DNA of 64,000 bases from Vulcanimicrobiota bacterium (GTDB taxonomy: Bacteria; Vulcanimicrobiota; Vulcanimicrobiia; Vulcanimicrobiales; Vulcanimicrobiaceae), in the NCBI GenBank assembly GCA_963695225.1, contig OY968762.1, positions 2,112,001 through 2,176,000 on the forward strand. The letters are read 5' to 3'. A program made the position numbers and the translations under genes. The notes under the pieces are model-generated. The model saw nothing but the letters and a program-made list of their open reading frames with translations, ran no database searches and was not told the origin of the DNA. This document shows, in pieces, positions 9,464-17,633 of the stretch. Position 1 is the first letter of the stretch, and the number at the start of each line of letters is the position of its first letter.

Positions 9464-9850
9464 TCAGTCTACGAGCGTGCGCGTTATCGGAAGGACGCAA
9501 CGCACGTAGTTGCCGTCGAACGCCCGCGTCACGCTCAGGTCGCTCGCCAACTCGCGCACGATCGCGAGCCCGCGGCCGCCGTCCGCCGTTACCGGCGGCC
9601 GCTCGAACGCGAGCCGGAATGGGGGCCCGTTATCCCAAACGTGCAGCACGGCGGCGCTCCCGTCCCACTCGACCGCATATGAAGCGGCGCCGCCGCCGTA
9701 GCGCAGCGCGTTGCTCAGGAGTTCGGTGACGACGATGAGGGCGGCCGGAAAATCGGACGCGGCAATATCCGCCGTCTCGCGAAGGTCCGTCATGATCCGG
9801 TGCCGCGCCGTCGCAAGCTCCGGAAGCCGCTCGATCGCGTTTGCTCTCAT
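9464..9850 (-). CDS. RsbW-like anti-sigma / HATPase_c ATP-binding protein
   Basis: N-box ELLSNALRYG, WDNGPP, DGGRGLAIV. Confidence 0.85.
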   Translation of the reverse strand: MRANAIERLPELATARHRIMTDLRETADIAASDFPAALIVVTELLSNALRYGGGAASYAVEWDGSAAVLHVWDNGPPFRLAFERPPVTADGGRGLAIVRELASDLSVTRAFDGNYVRCVLPITRTLVD

Positions 9851-9938
9851 CTTTCTCCCGGGAAACGCATACCCAGGTTTCCCGCGCACTATTCGCGGCG
9901 AGGATGGTCCGCCGCAATGCTGAAAGGGGTCGCTCCCC

Positions 9939-11363
9939 ATGGCGCTCTTCCGGCGGATCCACCCTTCGAGTGTCGTCGCGCTGGCGTTGGTTGCGCTCGT
10001 GCTGCCGGTCGTCATCGGGACGGCATTGTTCCATCTCGCGTCCGCGAACCGGGGTTTGGCGGAAACGGCGGTCTTACGGAGCGTGCAGCGGGAAAACGCC
10101 GAGTTGCTCAAGCTCCAACTCGACGAGGAGACGGGCCTGCGCGGCCTAGTCGTTACGGGCCACCGGGCTTTCCTCGACCCCTACGAGACAGCGCAAACGC
10201 GTTTCCCCATCGTCTTCGGTGAGTTGTGGGCCGACCTCGGCCGCCTCGGATCGTTGGGGTCGCTTCGCGATGAAGCGGCGGAATTGGGCAGGTTGCACGA
10301 GGCCTGGGCGACGGATGTGGCCGCCCCCGTCCTGCAGCACGGCACGAGCGTCGGGGTCCAGAGCCGGGGTAAGGCCGACATCGATCGCTTTCGCGAAGTG
10401 AGCGCCTCGATCGATCGCGTCGTCAACGCCGAGGCCACTGCGCGGCGCGATACTGCGCAGTCGGATCTGACGCAGGGCGTCGCGCTGTTCTCCGCTGCGA
10501 TCGCGCTGTTCTTCGTCGCGGTCTTGATCTTCACCACGAACGAGCGGCGGCTGCGCAGCGATCTCGACCGGGAACGGAGCATCGTCGCATCGTTGCAGCG
10601 TGCGTTCGTGGGCGAGAAGGAGGCGATGGCGACGCTCGACGTCGGTGCGGTCTACCGCTCCGCGACGAAGGGGACGTTCGTGGGTGGAGACGTCTTCGAC
10701 GTCTACCCGCTTCCCGACCGGCGAGCGCTCGTGATGGTTGCCGACGTGAGCGGCAAGGGCGTGGAGGCCGCCGTCGAGACCGCGTTCGTCAAGTATGCCG
10801 TCCGCGCGCTTTCGCGCGTTTCGCGCTCGCCCACCGATATCGTCTCCCAGGTCAACGAGATGTACATGCAAGACCTCGAACGGCGCGAGTCCGGGTCGTT
10901 CATCGTGCTCTTCCTCGGGATCTTGGATTTTGAAGCGGGCGAGCTCAGATACACGAGCGCGGGGCACAGCGGAGCTTTCCTGCGGGCTGGTTCCGGCGTG
11001 CGCATGCTCGGCGTGACTGGCCCGGCGCTCGGCATCGTGGACGCGCCGATGTTCGCGGAAAAGTCCGCGCGCCTCGAACCTGCCGACATGCTGCTGGTCG
11101 CGACGGACGGCCTCACGGAATCACGCGACGCGGCCGGAGCATTGCTTACGGACGAGGGCTTGGCAACCTGGTTCTCAGAATCGAGCGCGACGGCGAGCGC
11201 GCAGGACGTGGTCGACGCCCTCGTCGCGCGCGCGTTCAGCCGCTCCGACGGGCGGATCTCCGACGATCTCGCCGCCGTCTGCGCCCGCATCACTGCTGCC
11301 GGAGAGCGCGCCGATGTTCCTCGCGCTGAGCCCGTTGCGCGACCTCTTCGGTCGCGTCGATAA
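9939..11363 (+). CDS. Membrane CHASE3-sensor PP2C/SpoIIE serine phosphatase (RsbU/P-like)
   Basis: Two TM segments around LDEETGLRG..FLDPY (CHASE3); VGGDVFD, ADVSGKG, SAGH, TDGLTE, DDLA. Confidence 0.9.
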   Translation: MALFRRIHPSSVVALALVALVLPVVIGTALFHLASANRGLAETAVLRSVQRENAELLKLQLDEETGLRGLVVTGHRAFLDPYETAQTRFPIVFGELWADLGRLGSLGSLRDEAAELGRLHEAWATDVAAPVLQHGTSVGVQSRGKADIDRFREVSASIDRVVNAEATARRDTAQSDLTQGVALFSAAIALFFVAVLIFTTNERRLRSDLDRERSIVASLQRAFVGEKEAMATLDVGAVYRSATKGTFVGGDVFDVYPLPDRRALVMVADVSGKGVEAAVETAFVKYAVRALSRVSRSPTDIVSQVNEMYMQDLERRESGSFIVLFLGILDFEAGELRYTSAGHSGAFLRAGSGVRMLGVTGPALGIVDAPMFAEKSARLEPADMLLVATDGLTESRDAAGALLTDEGLATWFSESSATASAQDVVDALVARAFSRSDGRISDDLAAVCARITAAGERADVPRAEPVARPLRSRR

Positions 11364-11703
11364 CGCGCTCCAGTTCGCGGCGCACTTCCTCGGTTCGGTC
11401 GACCGGGGCCGCTTCGAGACCAACGGCTTTGTTGCTCAGGGTGCGGTCGGCGGCCACGAGCATATCGAGTTTGAGGTTGAGCGCGTCGGTGTCGCGCTTC
11501 TGCGCGTTTGCGATGAGGAACACCATCAGGAAAGTGACGATCGAGCTCGTCGTGTTCATCGCCAGCTGCCACGTGTCCGAGAAGCGGAAATGGGGCCCGC
11601 TCCCGGCCCATATCACGATCGCCGCGAAGACGAGCGCGGTCGCAAAGGGACTGGCGCAAAACGCGTTTGCTTTCCGAGCGAAGCGGGCGAAGTAATCGTT
11701 CAT
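11290..11703 (-). CDS. Low-affinity iron permease (Fet4-like) family protein
   Basis: GPHFRFSDTWQLAMNTTSSIVTFLMVFLIANAQKRDTDALNLKLD. Confidence 0.88.
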   Translation of the reverse strand: MNDYFARFARKANAFCASPFATALVFAAIVIWAGSGPHFRFSDTWQLAMNTTSSIVTFLMVFLIANAQKRDTDALNLKLDMLVAADRTLSNKAVGLEAAPVDRTEEVRRELERVIDATEEVAQRAQREEHRRALRQQ

Positions 11704-11734
11704 CGAGCTCCTTCTTCACGGCCGGCTGCGTTCT

Positions 11735-11799
11735 TTTGCCGCGCGACGCGGGGCTTCAAACGTGCGCCCGCACGTTTGGAAGCCGGCCGCGGCGGCATA
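11735..11799. promoter_or_regulatory. Back-to-back putative SigB/SigF promoters sharing a palindrome
   Basis: AAACGTGCG-CCC-GCACGTTT at 11758-11777 supplies GTTT on both strands, each followed 15-17 nt later by CGGCAW. Confidence 0.5.
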
Positions 11800-11833
11800 A
11801 GCATGGAAAAGCTTTCGAGTGGAGGGATCGCAG

Positions 11834-12115
11834 ATGGCTACTACGGCAGAGGGTGCTGCCGAGATGCGCTCCGGGAAGAAAGGCTCGGCGCGCAAAGCCT
11901 TACCGCACGAGGCTTCGGCGGCAAAGGCGAAACCGAAGTACGGGCGCGCGGCCGGCGAACGCGTCGAGAAGGCATTGCACGAAATGAAGCAAGGCAAACT
12001 CGAATCCGGCAGGTCCGGCAAGAAGGTGACCGATCGCAAGCAAGCGATTGCGATCGGAATCGCCGAGGCGCGGCGCGAAGGAGCGCGCGCGCCCGAAAAG
12101 CCCGCTGCGGACTAA
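11834..12115 (+). CDS. Small basic stress protein, DUF6496-like
   Basis: RVEKALHEMKQGKLESGRSGKKVTDRKQAIAIGIAEARREG; GGAGG RBS. Confidence 0.8.
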   Translation: MATTAEGAAEMRSGKKGSARKALPHEASAAKAKPKYGRAAGERVEKALHEMKQGKLESGRSGKKVTDRKQAIAIGIAEARREGARAPEKPAAD

Positions 12116-12118
12116 CTC

Positions 12119-12144
12119 GTTTGGCCCTACCGTCGTCGGGGCAT
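12119..12144 (+). promoter_or_regulatory. Putative SigB/SigF promoter
   Basis: GTTT-N16-GGGCAT upstream of the GlsB/YeaQ gene. Confidence 0.5.
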
Positions 12145-12192
12145 TACAGTCTCTACGGCGTTACGCCGGAAGAAGCACATGAGGTAGGCAGA

Positions 12193-12450
12193 ATGAGCAT
12201 CATCGGGTGGATTGTCCTTGGTCTGATCGCCGGCGTGCTGGCGAAAACGGTAGTTCCCGGCGAAGGTCCGGGCGGAATCATCGGCGACATCGTCGTCGGC
12301 ATCGTCGGCGCCTTGCTCGGCGGCTGGTTGTTCAATATGTTCGGCCACACGGGCCTCGACGGGTTCAGCCTCTACAGCATGCTCGTCGCCTTCGTAGGCG
12401 CCGTCGTGCTGCTGTTCGTGCTGCGGCTCGTGAGCCGCCGCACAGTCTAA
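12193..12450 (+). CDS. GlsB/YeaQ/YmgE family stress membrane protein
   Basis: MSIIGWIVLGLIAGVLAK..PG..GGIIGDIVVGIVGALLGG; GAGG RBS. Confidence 0.92.
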   Translation: MSIIGWIVLGLIAGVLAKTVVPGEGPGGIIGDIVVGIVGALLGGWLFNMFGHTGLDGFSLYSMLVAFVGAVVLLFVLRLVSRRTV

Positions 12451-12479
12451 GCCGCACTGCGTCGCCGGAGTGCGGGACG

Positions 12480-12911
12480 ATGAGCGAATCGGAAGGTTTC
12501 GGCGCGGACGGCGCCTTAGCAACGCCTGCAATGGACAAGCCCTTCGCAATCGAGTCGATTGGCGGCTATCCGGTGTTCCGGGTGACTGGAGACGTCGATT
12601 TTTCGAACCAGCCGGATTTCGACGCCGCATTGCGCGGCGTCGATCCCGGCGCGGCGTCGGCAGTGATCGTTTCATTCGAAGAGTGCACGTTTTTCGATAG
12701 CTCGATCGTCGGCGCGCTCATGAAGTATTGGCGCTCGCCCGAACGCGAGTGGGATGCCGTGCTCGTCACGAGGCCGGAGAATCCGGCGAATCGCGTCTTC
12801 GATATCGTCGGCATCGACCGCGTGTATCCGGTCGAGCATTCGCTCGATCGGGCGGTCGAGCGCGCTGCGGAAATCGCCGCGGCCCGCCGGAGGCCCGCTT
12901 CCTCCGGCTAA
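12480..12911 (+). CDS. STAS-domain anti-anti-sigma factor (RsbV-like); alternative start 12531
   Basis: VTGDVDF, CTFFDSSIVGAL (phospho-Ser motif), RVFDIVGID. Confidence 0.85.
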   Translation: MSESEGFGADGALATPAMDKPFAIESIGGYPVFRVTGDVDFSNQPDFDAALRGVDPGAASAVIVSFEECTFFDSSIVGALMKYWRSPEREWDAVLVTRPENPANRVFDIVGIDRVYPVEHSLDRAVERAAEIAAARRRPASSG

Positions 12912-13040
12912 CGAGGCGGAAACGCTAAGCTAAGCGCCCGCTTGGCGCGGCGCACGGAAAGCACGACGCGCACGTGGTCGCCGCCAGGCTTGCATTCGGC
13001 GTGGAGAAGATCGGTCGGTATGCTTCGCGCGTTTGCGACG

Positions 13041-13066
13041 GTTTTGGATTCCGGCGAGCGGGGCAA
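13041..13066 (+). promoter_or_regulatory. Putative SigB/SigF promoter
   Basis: GTTT-N16-GGGCAA upstream of GGAGG and ATG 13087. Confidence 0.5.
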
Positions 13067-13086
13067 TCGAAGAGTGGAGGTCTACT

Positions 13087-13437
13087 ATGACTGGTGATAC
13101 ATCGTCCCGGACCGAGAAAGTCAAAGACGGCATCGAAGGCGGAAAGCGCGAAGCCGAGCAGTCGATGCACAATGCGGTCGATGACTTGAAAGCAGGCTTC
13201 GAGAACATGAAGGGATCCTTCAAGGACAACGTGGATAATCTCAAGGATGCGGTCAACGAGCACATGCATCGCGAGGCCGCGACCGCCGAGCAAACGCGCC
13301 GCGAAGTCGCCGGCGATACGATGACGCCGGGCGAACGCATCAGCTCGGTAGCCAACGAAGTGCGCAACAAGGTCCAAGCCGACGTCGACGCACTCAAGCA
13401 ACGTGCCCGAAATCCGGACGATGCCCACCACGAATAA
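13087..13437 (+). CDS. Hydrophilic LEA/CsbD-like general stress protein
   Basis: GGAGG RBS; charged helical repeats (DDLKAGFENMKGSFKDNVDNLKD). Confidence 0.7.
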   Translation: MTGDTSSRTEKVKDGIEGGKREAEQSMHNAVDDLKAGFENMKGSFKDNVDNLKDAVNEHMHREAATAEQTRREVAGDTMTPGERISSVANEVRNKVQADVDALKQRARNPDDAHHE

Positions 13438-13984
13438 GGCGTCGGCCTCGCCGTTCGTCTCCGATCTCGCGGAGATCCGCCGCCGCGCTCGGGCGCACAT
13501 CGAGCAGGGTGCGGTGACGCAGAGCAACACGAAGGATCTCGCTACGACGATGAAGCTCCTGAACGAGGCTCTGGCGAGCGAGATCGTGTGCACGCTTCGT
13601 TACAAGCGGCACTATTACACGGCGAGGGGGATCCACAAGGAATCCGTCGCCGAGGAGTTCGCGGCGCACGCTCAGGAGGAGCAAGAGCACGCGGATATGA
13701 TCGCCGAGCGTATCACGCAACTGGGCGGGTCACCGAACTTCAATCCGGAAGGCTTGACCTCGCGCAGCAGCTCGGAGTATAACGAGCCGTCCGATCTGCT
13801 CGAGATGATCAAGGAGAACCTGATCGCCGAGCGCATCGCGATCGAAACGTACAGCTCAATGGTGCGCTTCTTCGGCAGTGAGGATCCCACGTCGCGCCGC
13901 CTGATCGAGACGATCTTGGCGGTCGAGGAAGAGCACGCCAACGATATGGCCGACCTCCTCGCGGCGCACGATCGGCGAGCTTAG
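13421..13984 (+). CDS. Ferritin-like (bacterioferritin/Dps family) protein
   Basis: LNEALASE, EEQEHAD, ENLIAERIAI, EEEHA di-iron ligands. Confidence 0.9.
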   Translation: MPTTNKASASPFVSDLAEIRRRARAHIEQGAVTQSNTKDLATTMKLLNEALASEIVCTLRYKRHYYTARGIHKESVAEEFAAHAQEEQEHADMIAERITQLGGSPNFNPEGLTSRSSSEYNEPSDLLEMIKENLIAERIAIETYSSMVRFFGSEDPTSRRLIETILAVEEEHANDMADLLAAHDRRA

Positions 13985-14727
13985 ATCTTGTCGCGAAGCC
14001 GATCGAGGGCGCGGCGTTGGATTCGCGAGATCTGCATCTGGGAGATGCCGAAACGCACGGCGATCTGCTCCTGCGTGAGGCCCTCCCAGAAGCGCAGGTA
14101 GAGTACGGCGCGCTCGCGGCCGTCCAGCAGCTTCAACGCGCGTGCCAACGTGTCGCGATCGGCGATCCGTTCGATGCTCGGATCGTTCCCGCCGATCAAA
14201 TCGGCGAGCGTCGCCTGTCCCTCCGAATCGGGGCTCAGTTCGATATCGAGCGAGAGGACGTCGCCGGCGCGTCCGAGTTCCTGCGCCTCCAGCAAGTCTT
14301 CGGTCGAAACGTTGAGATCGGCTGCGATCTCGCCCGGCGTCGGGCGGCGCCCGAGCCGTATGGCCAATTCGTCGGCGATGCGAAACGATTTCGCGTGCAG
14401 TTCCTGGAGGCGGCGCGGGAACTTGAACGGGCGCAGCCGGTCGCGGAGATGATGGCGGATCTCACCGAGGATCAGCGGCGCCGCGTAGGACTTGAATGCG
14501 ACGCCGTAGCTCGGCTCGAAGCGGTCGATCGCCTTCAGGAGCCCGAGCATCCCGACTTGAACGAGATCGTCGATCGGTTCCCCGCGGCCCTCGAACTTGC
14601 GCGCGAGGAAGCGCACGAACGAGCCGCTCGCCTCGACGATCTCGCTGCGTAGCCGCCGGTACTCGTCGGAGCCCTTATCTCCGCGGGTCCGGGCGGCCGC
14701 GAGTCGGGCGTAAAGGTCGGCGGGCAC
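13981..14727 (-). CDS. SigB/SigF/SigG family sigma factor
   Basis: DDLVQVGMLGLLKAIDRFEP, YAAPLILGEIRHHLRD, LTQEQIA..GISQMQISR. Confidence 0.93.
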   Translation of the reverse strand: MPADLYARLAAARTRGDKGSDEYRRLRSEIVEASGSFVRFLARKFEGRGEPIDDLVQVGMLGLLKAIDRFEPSYGVAFKSYAAPLILGEIRHHLRDRLRPFKFPRRLQELHAKSFRIADELAIRLGRRPTPGEIAADLNVSTEDLLEAQELGRAGDVLSLDIELSPDSEGQATLADLIGGNDPSIERIADRDTLARALKLLDGRERAVLYLRFWEGLTQEQIAVRFGISQMQISRIQRRALDRLRDKI

Positions 14728-14730
14728 GCT

Positions 14731-15135
14731 CTACCGGGGCGTCAGCGTTTTCGACAAGAGGCAGTACATGCCGTCCCCGTTGCTGCCGATCTCGGCCTCG
14801 TCGACGACCGAGCGGATGACGAATTCTGCGGCCTCGAGCGTTTCGCGTTGCTCGCTGCTGAGCGGGGGTTCGCCGGTCGGCGGAGAGCCGCGCACGGCGA
14901 GCGAGAACTTGCCGGGTTCGGCAATCGCCTCGACGATCAACGGGCGGCTCGGATCGGATTGGAGGACGCAGAGAGCGCACGCCTCGGAGGCGGCGAGTTT
15001 GAGATCGTCGATCTGCGCGTCATCGAAAGGAAGCTTGCTCGCGACGCCCGCGACGGCGAGCCGAACGATGCCGACCCATTCGGAGCGCGACGGAACTTCG
15101 AGCCTCATGCGGCCGTAGCGCCTTGTTTCAGGCAT
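14731..15135 (-). CDS. RsbW-like anti-sigma factor with degenerate ATP-binding boxes
   Basis: LEVPSRSEWVGIVRLAVAGVA..F..IDDLKLAASEAC; directly upstream of the sigma gene. Confidence 0.8.
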   Translation of the reverse strand: MPETRRYGRMRLEVPSRSEWVGIVRLAVAGVASKLPFDDAQIDDLKLAASEACALCVLQSDPSRPLIVEAIAEPGKFSLAVRGSPPTGEPPLSSEQRETLEAAEFVIRSVVDEAEIGSNGDGMYCLLSKTLTPR

Positions 15136-15238
15136 GGAGCCTCCTACGAGCTTTGCGCGCGCGTGGCCTCCCGCGTCTGCGTTTTGCGCTGTTAAGCAGT
15201 CGCGACGCCGTGCCGGAAATGCGCGACGGAGAAGCGGG

Positions 15239-16687
15239 TCAATCGTAGAGGCCTCGCAATATCCACACGCCCCGCTCGCAGGCGATGCGCACGAGCGAGC
15301 CGTCGGCTAAGAGCGCATCGTACTCGTCGCGGTCGAGCGGCTGCGCCCACCAGCGTTCGCCGGTGCGCCAAGGTCCGGCGATATCGAGGACGGCCTGCGT
15401 TCCCACGAACGCCGGCCGCCCGCGGGCGAGCCGCACCTCGAGGGCGCGCGGTTCGATCAAGCGCAGGCCGAGCGTGCACGCCGGGCGTTGCGCAGGCGTT
15501 CCGGCCCGCTCCCCGGGGCGCGTGGGGGGTTCGAGCAGGAACGGCGCGTACCGGAAGCGCGCTTCGTAGCGATGCCCTTCCGTGAGTTCGGCGCGCCGGG
15601 CCGCGTGCGGGCCGAGCGCCGCTTCGATGCGCGCGAGCGCGATCGCGACGGCTTCGGGATCGGGATCGGCGTGCGCGAAGAGCGAGAGGGCGGAGCCGCC
15701 CGCTTCGAGCCGTTCGGCACCCAGGCGCAAGCCGGCGACGGGGGAACGAAGCGTCAGGCCTTCCAAGCGCGTGCGCAAGAGGTCGAAGATCGTCGCCGGT
15801 TGCGCGGTCGCCTGCGCGAGCGCGGTCGGGAGTTCGAGGGATTCGCCGTCTTCGCATTCCAACGAGAGCCGCAAGAGGCCGCAGCGCATTCCGGCATACG
15901 CGAGATCGTCCGTCACGCGCGAGACGAGCGTGCGGAGCGCGAAGAGGAGCTGTTCTTCCCGTTCCGCCGATCCTTCGCCGAAGAGCGTTCGATCGATGCG
16001 GAGCGCGCGCGCGCGCGGTACGAGCGGCGTTTCGTCGATGCCGCGCGCGCAGGCATGCAGGTACGCGGCCGCCGCGCCGAAGCGGCGTACGAACGGCCCG
16101 TGCGGGAGTGCCGCGAGTTCGCCGAGCGTGCGAATCCCGAGCAACCGCAAACGTTGCAGCGTCGCCGCGTCGAACGCGAGCAGAGCGAGCGGGAACGGCG
16201 CGACGAACGCGCGCTCTTCGCCTTCGCGAACTACCGCGCGTCCGGCGAGTGCCGCGGCGCGCGCCGTGAATTTGCTCGGCGCGACCGCGATGCGAAAGGG
16301 CAACGCGCTATCGAGCGCATCGCGCACGGTCGCGCGCCAGCGTTCGGGATCGCCCTCGATCCCGCGCATCTCGAGGAACGCCGTCCCTTCGCCGGCGTCT
16401 TCGACGAGCGGAGAAGCGGCGTCGAGCGCGTCGAGGATCGCCTCCCAGATCGCGCGGTTGCGTATGGGGTCGTCGAGGAGGAGCGCCGCTTCCCGCGCCG
16501 CGGCGCTCGCCTGCAATAGCGTCATCCCGGTCCGCGCGCCGAGCCCCCGCGCCCGCGCATCGGCATCGACGACGCGCCCGCGTTCGAGGCGGTCGGCGAC
16601 GAGCACCGGCTGCTCGCGCAGTTCGGGCCGGGCGAGCCGTGCGATCTCGACCTTATAGTGCGGGACGAGCGCGCAGACGATCGGCAT
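15239..16687 (-). CDS. imuB: ImuB, catalytically inactive Y-family polymerase
   Basis: IMS fold (LGARTGMTL, LGIRTLGELA) without the catalytic Asp motifs; clamp-binding-like ALSLF; C-terminal GPW..RWW..RDEY; GGAGG RBS. Confidence 0.88.
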   Translation of the reverse strand: MPIVCALVPHYKVEIARLARPELREQPVLVADRLERGRVVDADARARGLGARTGMTLLQASAAAREAALLLDDPIRNRAIWEAILDALDAASPLVEDAGEGTAFLEMRGIEGDPERWRATVRDALDSALPFRIAVAPSKFTARAAALAGRAVVREGEERAFVAPFPLALLAFDAATLQRLRLLGIRTLGELAALPHGPFVRRFGAAAAYLHACARGIDETPLVPRARALRIDRTLFGEGSAEREEQLLFALRTLVSRVTDDLAYAGMRCGLLRLSLECEDGESLELPTALAQATAQPATIFDLLRTRLEGLTLRSPVAGLRLGAERLEAGGSALSLFAHADPDPEAVAIALARIEAALGPHAARRAELTEGHRYEARFRYAPFLLEPPTRPGERAGTPAQRPACTLGLRLIEPRALEVRLARGRPAFVGTQAVLDIAGPWRTGERWWAQPLDRDEYDALLADGSLVRIACERGVWILRGLYD

Positions 16688-16698
16688 GGGGCCTCCGG

Positions 16699-16773
16699 CT
16701 AGGGCTGCGCCGGGGTCAACCGGCTCGTGGCGGCGGGACTTGCGAAGCCGGGGCTATGCAGCGATAAAAACAT
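16699..16773 (-). CDS. Putative leaderless 24-aa upstream peptide of imuB
   Basis: ATG 8 nt after the -10 box, as for dnaE2 and imuA; MFLSLHSPGFASPAATSRLTPAQP*; stop lies just before the imuB RBS. Confidence 0.4.
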   Translation of the reverse strand: MFLSLHSPGFASPAATSRLTPAQP

Positions 16774-16781
16774 GGGAGCGT

Positions 16782-16810
16782 ATTGTAATCGAACATACGT
16801 TCGAAAACAA
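16782..16810 (-). promoter_or_regulatory. Promoter with LexA box, imuB
   Basis: TTGTTT-tcgaacgtatgttcgat(17)-TACAAT; palindrome at 16789-16804. Confidence 0.85.
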
Positions 16811-16819
16811 CGGGGTCTC

Positions 16820-16855
16820 TTGCGTAAATCTGGCTAGAAAAATAAACTAGATTTA
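16820..16855 (+). promoter_or_regulatory. Toxin-antitoxin promoter with inverted-repeat operator
   Basis: TTGCGT-N17-TAAACT-6 nt-ATG; inverted repeat TAAATCTGG/CTAGATTTA at 16825-16833 and 16847-16855. Confidence 0.6.
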
Positions 16856-17070
16856 TGAAGACGGTCGGCGTATTCGATGCCAAGAGCCACCTCTCGGAAC
16901 TGATCGAGAGCGGTGAGGTCGTCACGATTACCAAGCACGGTCGCCCGGTGGCGACGTTGAGTCCGATCCGCCGCAGCGCAGCCGACGTCGTGGCCCGCAT
17001 ACGCGCCAACCGTTGCGTTCAGGCTACACCCGAAGATGTCGTCGCGTTGGTGCACGAGGGGCGCCGGTAA
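16855..17070 (+). CDS. Phd/YefM family antitoxin
   Basis: MKTVGVFDAKSHLSELIE..GEVVTITKHGRPVATL. Confidence 0.9.
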   Translation: MKTVGVFDAKSHLSELIESGEVVTITKHGRPVATLSPIRRSAADVVARIRANRCVQATPEDVVALVHEGRR

Positions 17071-17465
17071 TGCCGATCGTCATCGACGCGACCATCGCGA
17101 TCGATTGGTTTCTCACTGAGCCTAGCAGCACCGCCGAAAGGGCGCTCGACGCGCTTGCGGCAGAGGGCGCGATCGTGCCGCCGCTGTGGCGCTGGGAAGT
17201 ACAGGACGTCTTGCGCCGCCTCCAGCTTGGCGGCCGGCTCACGAAACCGATCGACTTCATCCGCTCCGAATTGCGTGAATTGCCGATCTCCGTCGACGCC
17301 GGGCTGACCGGCTTGTTCGGCGACGAGGCGCGCATCGCACGGCGGTACAACCTGACGGTGTACGATGCGGCGTACATCGAGTTGGCGCTACGCCTGCGTG
17401 CGCCCCTCGCAACGACCGACAAGGCGCTTGCGGCCGCTGCGAAGGCCGCGAACGTCGCGTGGTAG
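17070..17465 (+). CDS. vapC: VapC family PIN-domain toxin
   Basis: IVIDATI, WRWEV, LTVYDAAYIELA, LATTD; TAATG coupling to the antitoxin. Confidence 0.9.
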   Translation: MPIVIDATIAIDWFLTEPSSTAERALDALAAEGAIVPPLWRWEVQDVLRRLQLGGRLTKPIDFIRSELRELPISVDAGLTGLFGDEARIARRYNLTVYDAAYIELALRLRAPLATTDKALAAAAKAANVAW

Positions 17466-17633
17466 CCGGTTCACCGTAACGGTGAGCGTGAAGCTGCCCC
17501 TGCGCGCGCACGAAAGCTCTGCGGCGTAGACGCGCATCGGTACGCAGACCGTGCAGAGGAGCGCGATCAGCATGGCGAGCACGGCGAGCAGGATGAGCGC
17601 GGGCCGGTTGCGTCGCGAAAGGAGCATCGGCAT
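17388..17633 (-). CDS. Small membrane/secreted hypothetical protein coupled to imuA, possibly truncated
   Basis: TGATG overlap with the imuA stop; RRNRPALILLAVLAMLIALL signal-like segment; 3' end overlaps vapC. Confidence 0.35.
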   Translation of the reverse strand: MPMLLSRRNRPALILLAVLAMLIALLCTVCVPMRVYAAELSCARRGSFTLTVTVNRLPRDVRGLRSGRKRLVGRCEGRTQA

